Positions 26,807-38,419 of a DNA stretch of 64,000 nt are shown here, in pieces. The notes under the pieces are model-generated. The model ran no database searches. It was not told where the DNA came from and saw only the letters and a program-made list of their open reading frames with translations. This stretch comes from Penicillus capitatus (lineage: Eukaryota; Plantae; Chlorophyta): the NCBI GenBank assembly GCA_965649825.1, contig OZ287703.1, positions 1,173,722-1,237,721 on the forward strand. The letters are read 5' to 3'. A program made the position numbers and the translations under genes. Each line of letters opens with the position of its first letter. The stretch's first letter is position 1.

Positions 26807-28874
26807 ATGCAGCAGGACGTGGAGACCGATCTCGAACGCTATCTCTGCGATGGCGACCGCTGGAATTCGAAGAGCACGTTCATGTCGTCGCCCCGCACGC
26901 CTCGCACAGATGGCTTCTCTTCGCTTTCCGATTTTGAGAATGAAAAGACCGAACGCAATCGTCGATCACGAAATCCAGGGGCAGCTCCACCTGCAAAACA
27001 AAGCGGCCGCCTTCTGAAAAAAGTGTGACATTTCTTAAGATTTGTAACGAAAGTGTGGTGGTATTTATGAACAGGCAGAATCTTTTCCATTCTGGGGAAA
27101 TCTGCAAAGACTGCATACAGGACTCAAAGTACTGTCTTGTGTTTTGCTCCTTCGGCAGCAGCAAAGGACTTGTTTTTGTCCAGGACACATTTCCGTTGAA
27201 CAAACACACGCATCAGCAAGTTGTCTCATCCTTGCCTGGAGAAATGTGTGATGTGATTGAGGCATGCTGCAGAATGAGCTTCTTAATCAACGCAACAGTA
27301 TTCCTGGAGCTGTGAGCTTAAAGCGCCGAAGAAATACTGTCACAAAAAACCAGCTAGGTAGTGTGTTGCATGCAAGCTTGACACCAGAGGTCTTCCGCAT
27401 CATCCGCATACCAATATACCTCGCGCATTGACACGATGCACGAATAGGACGAGGATGAAGATCTATGGTTTACAGAGGAGGCAGATTTGATGGAGACACC
27501 AATCATCGTGTTGGGGCGCACAGAACTGTGCACTTCCTACTTTGTGAAAGCCAGAGTCTGCAAGAAGAACTTTGTGATGCATGAATACAAAAAAGGTCAC
27601 TCTCCAACGTCGATGGTGGCTGAGGACAGTTGTTTTCTTTACCAGAGGGACTGAACCACCAAGATGAGAATCGTATTCGTCGTCTGGTGGATCTTATGCA
27701 GTGGCTGCGCCATCCAAACATTGTGAAATGTATGGGCGCTTGGGAAACGGATACGGCTTATCATGTCATCGAGGAGTATTGCCATCGGACGAGTCTGTTT
27801 CATCAGATGGTGACGAATCGAAGAGCCTTTACAGAGGAGTTTGTCGCCAATCGTCTTCTGAAACCGATCTTAAGAGCCTTAATCTATCTCCATCAGATGA
27901 ACGTCGCCCACAGGTGCGACACAGACTTCTGAGATTTTCTGTTGGAACGGAGCGATTGCTCAGAAGTGTACGTCCCGAGAACGTTCTTTTTGGGAAAGGG
28001 AATACACTGCGGCTGAGTGGTTTTTTATCAGCTATCGAGTATACAAAGAGCCGGCCTTGCAGTCGACTGGGCCCAGTGGATTATGCGTCACCAGAAATGC
28101 TGGAACTGGCGGAATTTGAAGAAGATGATCGGTATCTTAGTGATTCTGAAAAGGAAGATCTGCCCAAGTACGATGAGAAGGTGGATATATGGCAGTTGGG
28201 TGTGATGACATATGAACTACTCAGTGGCAACTGTCCTTTCGAGGTCGGGTAGGTTCTGTGCCTTCAGGCTGCAGAATCGTTGAGACACGTCATGCTGTTT
28301 GTCTAGGTTCCGGATCCCCTCCAGACATCTCACCTCATAATCGCTGCAGATCTGCACACCTTTCCACCAGAATTCAGTCCCGGAGCAATCAATTTTATTC
28401 GGATGGCGTTAAGAAAGGAAGCACATCTGCGCCCGTCAGCACTTGAGCTCTCGACAGATCCCTGGCTTCAGAGCTTCCATGAAGAGACATCTAATAAGCA
28501 GACTCCGCAAGAGTAGGCGTTTGTATTTCCCTTTCTTCAGACTAACAGAATCCTTGCTGCTGCAAAGATCTAAGTCTCTCCGGAAGAGATTGCTCAAGTT
28601 AGGGAAACTGTTGACACCTGTTTGGGGGTCATCGCACAAGATTTTTCCACAAGTGACCACAGATAAACATATGCTCAGACCTCTTCCGAGTACGAAATCC
28701 AAGCACAAAAAGGAAGTGGATTCACGTCAAAAGGGTGATGACGTGCTTGAACAGCATGGCAATGCAGTGCTGATGAACGATTTCGATCAGTGTCTGAGAA
28801 TACCGACGATACTGAGCATAGACGAAGATTTACCTGACAGGCCTGATGTCGGGCAGCCAAGTTTCCATAACTAA
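26807..28874 (+). CDS. Aurora-like (algal ALK-type) kinase fold, predicted pseudokinase
   Basis: LRHPNIV, DYASPEM, DEKVDIWQLGVMTYELLSGNCPF and RPSA...DPWL are present. The catalytic motifs are degenerate (FVMHEY, HRSVRPEN, LRLSGFL). N-terminal exons uncertain; kinase domain ~27480-28470. Confidence 0.75.
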
Positions 28875-29211
28875 TCATGACATGTTCGTTATCGAGCCAA
28901 TTAGCTATTCATACTGACAGATAAAGAGAGGCAGTGAATAGCCATGCAATGTTAGAACCCTTTGCTACACACAGATACCAATTTCATGAAACCACCTTAT
29001 CGTTAACGAGTGAGCGTCGCGACAACAGAATGAAAAGGAGAAACTCTTAACCACTCTCGTGGAAAGAAAAATAGAGTCAGGCGTGGATCGTGCGTTTGAG
29101 CGAGCCGAAGAAAAGGATCCCGTCGACACAACAATGGACCATATCAGAACGAGTTTGGCTAGAAAAGGTGCTTAAAGCCCTAATGAATGTCTGCCTCACT
29201 AGAGGTGCGAT

Positions 29212-29283
29212 GGGACTTTGGTCTAGAGGTATGATTCCTGCTTCGGGTGCAGGAGGCCCCGGGTTCGATTCCCGGAAGTCCCC
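29212..29283 (+). tRNA. tRNA-Pro(CGG)
   Basis: Acceptor GGGACTT/AAGTCCC, D-loop TGGTCTAGAGGTATGA, anticodon stem CCTGC/GCAGG with loop TTCGGGT, T arm CCGGG-TTCGATT-CCCGG. Confidence 0.97.
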
Positions 29284-29301
29284 ATTTGCAGCTAAAGCAT
29301 C

Positions 29302-29306
29302 TTACA
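29302..29306 (-). terminator. Candidate TGTAA polyadenylation signal (FAP42-like gene)
   Basis: About 95 nt after the stop, just beyond the 3' end of the opposite-strand tRNA. Confidence 0.45.
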
Positions 29307-29399
29307 ATGCACGGCTTCTATTGGCAACATTCAGTTCATAGGTCGCTCCGTTCGGTGCCTGATCAAAAAAAACCACAGGAGTCATGCAGTGAGGCATTA

Positions 29400-32300
29400 T
29401 TAAATGCGTCTGTCTTCTACCTTCTTACACAGAAACTGCGTTTCCTTGTACTCTGACACGAGTTTTGCGGCCTCTAGCAGTTGATTCTTTGATCTCTGTT
29501 TCTCGTCGTTCCACCTCTTCACAGATTCCTGCTTCACACAGGATCTATGTTGATGTTCATATCGTGCAGGAGATTCCAGATACCTTGACGAAGAGAGCGC
29601 GAGAGGCATCCGGTTTCAAATCAAAGTTCTTTGCATCGCTCGAAGAGCTGATCAACAGCCTCCATCTATCGAAGACAGGCATTCATCGAATTATTCTCAA
29701 CATCTCATGTGCACACTTGGTATCGTCTTCTTTCTTGTCGCCGAAACATCCCTCGAGTAAATAATTCCCGGGGGCCAGACAAACACGAGGACAGATCAGA
29801 AGAGCGGTGGAGCTCTTCTCGTAGACGATCTGCTCCTTACTGATCTCCCTATTCCAGGCGAATGGTTCTCCGGCACAACATACGACTCTGAAATAGAATT
29901 CTGGTGCGGGATTGGAGACAGACAGAACGACAAACAGTTCCGTTTCTGTCTTTGCCGTCACGGTGAATCTATTAAAGCAAAAACAGTGGTCGAGCGCGAT
30001 GCATTCTGGCATTCGGAGTGCATCGCACCTGCATAAACGTCCATAGAAATTCTTCTCATAGTCTCCAGAAAACGATTGAAATGGCCTAACGGGTAGTTCC
30101 TTGCACTCAATGTCTTCGTCCCATGCGAACAGCCGCAGTCTGGACATCGATGGTTTAGCGCTTTCAGGTTGCTTCGAGTGTTGCAGAAGAAGGGAGATCA
30201 CATGCCCTGTCGCTGTCGGCAAACACGTCACTGTGTCCTGTGCGACCTCCTCGTCGAAAAAGCATCGCGCATTCCTACGCACAAAGAGGAGTTAGCCGGT
30301 ATTGCGACTGATGACTGCAATGGGATCTTGGTCTAGTGGTATGATTCTTGCTTAGGGTGCAAGAGGCCCCGGGTTCAATTCCCGGAGATCCCCTATTTGA
30401 CTCACCTTGCTACATGGATCGAGTCGAAATGCATTTGCAACGTTAGAGGAATGGTCGACGTGGATCTCACCCAGACGCGCTGGATCAGTTGCAGTGTCTC
30501 TTCGGCTGATGGCAGGGACACTTCTTTGGTGAAGGTGTTGCAGAAGACGCCCATTTCTTCAGCGAAATTCGGTAGAGGCTTCAGCAGGACCTCTGTGTTG
30601 GCATAGACACTCAGATGGAACGGCCGTCGACTGTTCATATGGACCTGCACAAAAACCGCCATATGATTGAAAAAGAGCAGTTTCCTTCCCCACTGAGTAG
30701 AAATGTACTCCAGGCGGATAGTCAAAAGAGCAGGAATTGGAGGAATGTGTTTGGATGCTGCCGATGGGCCTACCAGCATGGATTCTAACAAAGGAGCATG
30801 TCTTGGTGATTGATGCGATGAGCGGATAAAGTGCTCACTGAGTTCCTTTCGTCCATTCATGGATTGTGAGTGTGCACATCTCTCTTTCTATGGGTGTGTC
30901 CGCACTATCCGGCTGATCAAGTCCCAACGACAAGCAGAGAAGACAGTTTCCCTCTTGTTCAGCTGTTAGTCGAAGGCAGAGATCTTCAACGATGCTGTCA
31001 ACGTCAAAGCGACAGTAGTTTGTTGAATGAGAGAATTCCTGCTGTAAGTCGTGAACGAGCAGGATCTGAGAAGCATTGGCCACAAATGTGTTGACATCGA
31101 TCCATTTTCGTTCGTCGCTCGAAGTTTCAAGTTGCAGAAGAGACGATCGCTGATACTTCATGACAGAGGATGCCCATGTCTAACGGAAGAGGGTTTTCAC
31201 AGGAGAACGGCCTCGTGGATAACCGCACCTGTGAACTGCCTATCTCTTCTATTTCTGAACACAAGCGAATACTGGTGGCTTCTGCCTCAAGGGCGATGAA
31301 CTCCATAGCATCTTTGAAAAGCGTTTCCTCATCCTTATTGGCTTGCAGTGTTTGGGATATGTTGAACGCTTTCTTTTTCAGACCAGTAAGTGAGTCTTCA
31401 TAAGCGTGTTGCCTCATCTGATAGCGTGTGCAATCGTCTTTTCCTCCTGTCGCTATCGTTGCATCTACAAGACATCTTTGTGAAGAAAGAGTTCCATCTC
31501 CGGGATCACATGCAATGTGTTGGATGTATAGCCAAACACGCGACCTTGGAACAAGGGTTTGTTACCTTTGACGATTTGCATTTCTGTCTCTTGTTCATTC
31601 TCTGACGAGATTTCTGTTCTTTCAAGAAAAAGGACCTTATCTGGAAAGACGTTTTGCAGTTCGAGGGCCTTTATTTGTGATTCCGTGTGTGGGAATCCAT
31701 CGAGAATCCAACCACGACTCCAGCAATCTCCTATTCTGAGTTGTCTTGAGACGATGGAGATAAGTAAATCTTCGGGAATGACGTCGGACCGATTCACGAT
31801 CTCTTTTGCACGCAGTCCGCTCTCACTTTCGCCTACACATGACAAGCACAGGAACATAGATTCTATCAGATCATTCATTAAGTGAGGTATTTACTCATCA
31901 TTTCTTTCTGGATAAGTTGCCCCAATGTGAAGCAGGGAACCGTGAGTACTGAGGATAATTTCTTTGCCAATGTCGTCTTCCCAGAACCAGGAGGCCCAAG
32001 GATAAAAATATGAATCGGCTTTCGGCCATCTTGACGCTCTCTTTTGTCCCAGAGAGGTCTCCCGAAGCCCCACAACGCTTTCGGGGGAAGATGAGAAGGA
32101 TACTTTTTGCTGATCGCTTGTAAAAAGCGATGATAAAGAACAGAGGCGTCATCACTCCAATCAACAACAACATTGTCAACGACAGCAGATCGTTGGAGCA
32201 GTCGATTCGACAGAAAGTCGGCAGCGGAGTGGTGCATTTGGAGTTGTGGATGGATCTCCTGCCACAGTATACAGAATCATAACGATATATCAGACTCAAT

Positions 32301-35300
32301 GCAGTGAACCTTGTCGTTAAGGTTGCGATCTGGACTGTGCAAATCAGCAGTCGTTGGCAAACCGGATTGAACGTAGATTGCTGAGAAGGCAATGGTTTTC
32401 TCGATTAATTGTGTCAGATCTTCTTCGTGCTCCAGAGCGATAACACAAACTTTCCCAGAGCTCTGAATCTGACGAATGTCTGAGAGGCGGTATCCATACA
32501 AGAATCCCCTGATTTCTTGATGGATGGCAAAGTCTCCTGCTTCTATTTCGTTGCTCAGGGTGTCTGTGTCTCTAATCATCCAAAATGGGAGCGAGGTATG
32601 CGAATCGGTTCTGTCGTTCTTGTCTGTATGGACCAGAGCTTGCTTGAAACTCCCTGGAAATTCTGTGACCATTCTGGAAATAAGCGATCTCTTTCTGGAT
32701 CCTTTAAAGGAGAAAATGGCACATGAAGAGGCAATTATCAAAATGAGGTTCATACCATAGGGCCCAACAACTGCTAAAACATGTGAAAGTGTGTCAGCAA
32801 TGCTCGGAACTAAGGTCATTATGGTACGTAGTGCCTCTTCCATCAGACTGTGCTTTTCATTGCCAGTGATGTGGGCATCACATTTTCCAGAAGGGTGGTT
32901 TTCATTTGATGGAGAGTCCGTATCGTGCCAGTCGCAAGCATTTTCCTGATGTAGAGGTCAAGCAGTCGAAAACAAACAATCCGATCTCACCTGCGCTTCG
33001 TCCACGTAGACAAGTTTGAAACCTTCAGACGCATGTAATTTGATGCACTCGATGTCTGGATTCTGGCATGGCACCAGGTATACTGCATTGTTTGATAATG
33101 GCCCAGAGGACACATCTTCCAGACGGATTCCAACTGCAGACCCTGATGCATCTGCGCTGACATGGACGATTCTTTGTTTGCTTATCATCTCCGACATGTC
33201 ATCATGACTGACGATATATGTATCGTCAGAGACTCGTTCCGGCGCAGAGAGAGGTTCCGTTTTGCACAATCGTGCACGACAAAAGGATGTTGGAAATGTA
33301 TCGAGAAGATCGTGCGCAAGTTGGCTGACAGCATCATCGTTTTTTCCGCATAGAAAGATGGCTTTGGGAGATTTCTGGAAGCCATCTGCCGCTCTGAGGG
33401 GAAATATGCAAAATGTATATACTGATACCTCATTCTTCTGCGATGTCTCTGAAGCCGTGTCGATGATGCGTGATCTGTCCAATGACGATAGACTTTGCAG
33501 AATAGACTCCACCATGCTTTCGGTACTCATATCCACGAACAATTGATACAATTCTGAGCAGTTGCCTTCCCTGTTAGATATCATATTATCTTCGGATATC
33601 TGAACCACTTGTTTCTTCAACTGATCTTCCAATTTCTTCTTCAGCATCTGCGTTTATAAGAATGGAGAATTGCACCATGAAAGAGTGAACAAGAAAGACT
33701 CGGTCTCACCTCCGCAGGAGGTGGATGAACAGATACCTTCAGAACTTCAGATCCGACATATTCTAAGCACTGGGCTGTCTCTTGAAGTGGGAGACCCACG
33801 ATGGAAAGTTTTCCTGAAGAGGGCCATTGCTGAATTCTACTTGAAGGCATCACGCATGAAACCTTGTCGACTGTTTTGTACGACATCTTGCCACTTTGTT
33901 CCGCAACGTTTTCTGTTTAGAGGGTGAAGCCATGGCACCTCATGGCACTCCAAGAACTCATCAGCTTGTTTGCATGCTTCAAAGTCGTCGGCGGACAAAT
34001 GAACCTTCAATCGGGCGCTTTCCTTCGCACCTGGGGCGCAATTCTGGCAGAAAGTAAGTGGCCTTGCGTGACAGACTTCTGTCGAAATCTCTTCTTTGCT
34101 CCCATACATAGCTCTTTGGAATGCACATGGACTCTCCCAGATCATGGACGAGTCTGCTGGCTAACACATCCATATCCCCCGATAACACTCCGCAGATGGC
34201 GACAGCTATAGGATGGGAAGTTTGATCGATAGAAGGAGGAAGAAAGTCGCAGTTTTCCAATGCTTTAGGTGAGTACGTTCGATTTCCCTTTCCATCGAGT
34301 TGACACTTGTCAACAATGGCATTCTTCAATGAGCAGTAGATTTGTTCTTCGTCTTCGAAAGGAATCTCGATATCAAATACACTACTCGAAGCAATAGTCG
34401 CAGCCTACATACAATCGCCCAAAAGAAGAAACCTCGAGAGCTTTATCACTACCTCTTGAATCAACTGATCCATTCTATCTCTTATTCTCTCAGGCACTTG
34501 GGTCTCAGAAGGCAAGGATTGATTGCAGTAGCAGAAGAAAGCATGGATCTTCTCGTGTTTTAAAAGCAAATCGGCCTGGAGGACGGAAGCATGCCTTCTG
34601 CACTAATCCCATGAGGACACACGTACGTACCATTTCTTTTGACAGTACGATAACGGGGAACTTCCCAGTAGAGACAGCCGATCGAATGGAATCAAGGGTA
34701 AGAGCACTGCGTGTCATTCCATTTGGGGAGCAATGGTTCAGCAAGACGTCTTCCAATTGCAAAAGACTGTCAAACTGGTCTTCATCGACGAATTTGTGTG
34801 TGAGACTATCGATCTCATAAATCGATGGAGTCCTCGTCTGACAAGGCCCCAAAGTGCATCAGTGTGAAAGATGTCACTCGCAAGGAATTGCTTACGGTGT
34901 GACAGGGGACCAGAACGAAATCGTCGGAACGTCTGCCGATGAGTGAATTGGCAACCTCCTCGGCGGCATTTCCAGATAAAACTAACAATTGCGGTCCTGA
35001 TCTATCTTCCACCGAGGGCTGTTTCAGGCTACAAAGGGTAAATGGAATGGCCTTTCTGTTTTCCTCTTGTCCACGCATTCCAAGACTGTCGAGATAGTCG
35101 AAAAACTGCATGCCCTGATGCACACATCACTACTGTGTTCAATTTTGGTGCTATTATTTTGACGCACAGGTTTGTCTTTTCCCACAAAGCGATGCGCGAT
35201 GGTCTCTGTCGGCCAGCCTGTCAGCCAATGCAGTATGGGAATCTGTTCACGCTGTATTGAGTGACATCGCGTGCAAAAAGATCCAACATTTGCACCTGGC

Positions 35301-36163
35301 TCGTCTCCTTCTCATCTTGAAGGCCAAAAGCATGAAGGACTCGATACAGAGCCTTGATGATCAGAACAGGCCACAACTGAAACGGTTGAGTGGTTGGGAG
35401 TAGCGATGACCCTGAACATAAGGTTGAACACGTTCTTATATATAGATCTACATAGATAGATGTATTACCGAAGAGGTCCAATGGCAAAGCATCATCCACC
35501 AGGACGTGTCTCCATTGACCCTGTAAACAATTGCCTGACTTGCCTGAACAGGCAGAAGATGTCCTTGCCATTAGGTGAAGTTGGACCGTATACAATGATC
35601 CGCTTTCTGTTTGCACAGGCTGAATTGTTTCCCAGAGAAAATACTCCCTGTCGACGCGTTCCTAATTTTCTATCTAGTGATGCTTTGGATTCCCGTCCGC
35701 GTCTGGAGAGACCTTCAATCGATAGACGGATTGGATCGCTTCTAACACCCAGTCGACAGAAGGATGCCCTCTGACCATATCGCCGTCGACAGTTCTGTCC
35801 TCGTCAGTACCACGAAGAACTACAAGGCGTCATTTATGACGCCGTTTCAAACAGCATGCGCTTTAAGTACTTCTCGTTGGGATGAACGCCTCGCTTGGCC
35901 ATAAATCGCAGGGCCGTTTCCAATGGTCGACTTGGGCGCGTAGACGTCGTGGCAGTGTCTTTTCGGAGACACCTTCGACGTCGCATGCTTCACAGAATGC
36001 ATGGCGACTGGTGTCGTCTCAGCGATCTGTTCTTACTGTCTTTTCGTGTCGAGGCATGATCGTTGTCGCATGGAGGGAATAAGACATCTAGGTAGGAATG
36101 GGGAATGGTGGCATTGCTCGTCCCGGGTGAGGTGGATGTTTTCTTTGCTTTCTGAGGTGGCAT
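29400..36163 (-). CDS. Large flagellar central-pair-like protein: androglobin-type calpain-like domain, two degenerate guanylate-kinase-like domains and an adenylate kinase domain (FAP42-like)
   Basis: Start MPPQKAKK. GQWRHVLVDDALPLD...LWPVLIIKAL (~35330-35520) resembles the androglobin calpain-like domain. GK-like VVGPY|GSRKRSLI...GFLYG (~32440-32790). AK motifs ILGPPGSGKTT and GWILDGFP (~31650-32010). That this is one gene is inferred; many introns. Confidence 0.65.
30322..30393 (+). tRNA. tRNA-Pro(AGG), intronic and antisense
   Basis: Acceptor GGGATCT/AGATCCC, anticodon stem CTTGC/GCAAG with loop TTAGGGT, T arm CCGGG-TTCAATT-CCCGG. Confidence 0.97.
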
Positions 36164-36979
36164 CTTAAAGCGAATTAAATTGTCGACAATCAAATGATGT
36201 GAAAATCGTCATTGATGGATCAGCCCGTGTTTGAAGAGATACTTTCTGACGAAAAATGACCGTTTATTGTCGAATGAGATTTCTTTTCGCCGTCAGCCAT
36301 CTTCCTGCGTTTAACAGTTTTAACAGGACCATCAATCTTCCAAGGTCGATAAGAAATCTCGATGCTCGCTGTTCTAAAATAATCAATTCCTGCTCAAGGA
36401 AGTCGCCTATGAGTTTTTGTGGTCCGAATGTCCGAAAATGTTCTTTTAATGATGCCGCTGAGTCTTACGAAGGCGCCACTGCTTTGAATGCTGAACTAAA
36501 AATATTGATGATGACCACAATTCATAGAAGAACAACGAACGCCTCGACCAGAGAGCGATCCCACGTGTTGTCACTTAAGAGAAACCAAGAGAACAAGCAA
36601 AGCCGGCTCATTCATGATCAAAACAGCGACCACGATTGTGATTATCGACCCCGGCGCTTAGACAAGGGTCAAAGTCTAGCAAAAAACAATCCATACACCA
36701 AACTGGGAGCATCTGTAAGCACCCGTCCAGCCCGCCGAACATTCTTAGCATTGCTGAATTTGTATCATGACATTGTCATGTGGAATCCAGGAAAATAGGG
36801 TGGCTATGGGCCTTATTGATATCTTACAGAAAAAAAGAACACGTGGTTCATCACAAGAGTCTTGACAGAAGAAATAGGATGGAGAACGAGTTCTAAAACT
36901 GGCAATGTCAAGGAAAAAGCGGTGCTCCCCCATTGCATGGGTGCATACAGGTGCGTGGTTATTGAACGAGTAAATCTAT

Positions 36980-37634
36980 CTAAGCAGTGTGTCCGTCCAT
37001 GACAGCTGAGCCGTGATCCATATCTGTTCTCGTGTACTGCAGAACAGATGGCGGTCGGGCTGTAGCATTGTCCGAAGGCTCAGGACACAGTTTGGGTGAC
37101 AACTGATCCATTGATACGTCAAGAGGAATTTCGTCCTTGCATCGAAGTCCCGCTCGCTCCATGCACCAATCACCCGAGTCAAAACGCTTGTGTGTGCTTC
37201 CCTAAACAGTGAGGAGTGAGTGATGGGAGTGACATCTGGGAGCAATGATTGCATGAGAGACATTCACCTGCTTTAGCAATCTGAGCCTTGCTCCGGTTGA
37301 CTGACAGCGTGACAAACCCCTTCGAGGAGATCCAAAAGAGGATAACCGAACGGCGTCCTGCGCACACAAATAGAACGGTCTTGATGCAAACGGTCAGCAT
37401 CGAAATCACAAAGCGTGACGCGAAGTGAGAAGGAGGAAGGACAAGAATCGCGTTTTTGTGTACAGACATGGAGAAAACGATGGTTTCGTGGAGAGTGGCT
37501 GGCGTAGCCCCATCGGAAGACGTTCAACCGACGATGGAGTGGCCTCGTCAACAAGACTCGAATGACACCGTGCGTTTTCTTACTCCGACGTTAGAAGGAG
37601 AAAATGCCGCAGGGGAGGGTTCCATGCTCATCAT
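36980..37634 (-). CDS. Endosulfine/ARPP19/Igo1-family phosphoprotein
   Basis: Exons 37357-37268 and 37201-36980 splice to ...RLRLLKQ|GSTHKRFDSGDWCMERAG..., containing the family motif FDSGD(W/Y)xM. First exon and start uncertain. Confidence 0.65.
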
Positions 37635-38419
37635 CGAGTGCGAGTGGCAAGCGCAAGTGTCAACTGAGCCAGAACGCCGAAAGGCAGGCTTCAGTGCTTT
37701 CCCCGATGGCCACTTTTTCGGACTTCGGAAAGCGAACGAAAAGGCGATAAACCGATGAGTCGCGAGAAGATTGTTCCTCGTCGCAGGAAATCTACAGCAA
37801 GGGTAAATGTGAAGAAATACGCTGTCCTCGATGTCAGGTGTGGGTTCGAAATGCTTTAAAGCTCATAACCGCCAATAATCAACTACATGGTATCTTCTGG
37901 CACAATTGCCCACCAACACACATCTCAATTGTCTCTCAGTGGCAAGCAATAAATTGATCCCCGCTTTTAACTCAGTTTCTTTTCTTTTACCTTAAGCGGA
38001 AATCCTACAGACCCAACGGACTTGCAATCTATTATCACCCCCTCCCTCGCTCCTCAAAGCGTACTTACTGAACGATTTGGTGATGCTAGAGTATCATACA
38101 TACATGGAACTATGAGTCAGAAACGAATACATCAATCCAATTGACACATGCAGGTGTGGTTCCTTAATCCTTCACTCATGTCGATGACTAGACAAAGTGA
38201 AAGGGTCAGCCATGTTCAGCAAAGAATATGTCTTGTTTTGCCAGGTTCTTCGAAGGAACTCAAGGGAATTGTTTTACTAGATAGGTAAAGAAAAAACAAG
38301 TGTCGTGCAAATGCTCTGACAGACACGAACAGAGAGCTTGAAACCTAGATTGACTGTGGATGATTGCGCATCCTCAAGAACCAGTCTTGGTCCATATGCG
38401 CAAACTGTTCATGAGTGAG

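Noticed and set aside
37842-37854. B-box-like GGGTTCGAAATGC (third tRNA or SINE)
   Set aside because: No T-stem pairing, A-box or cloverleaf.
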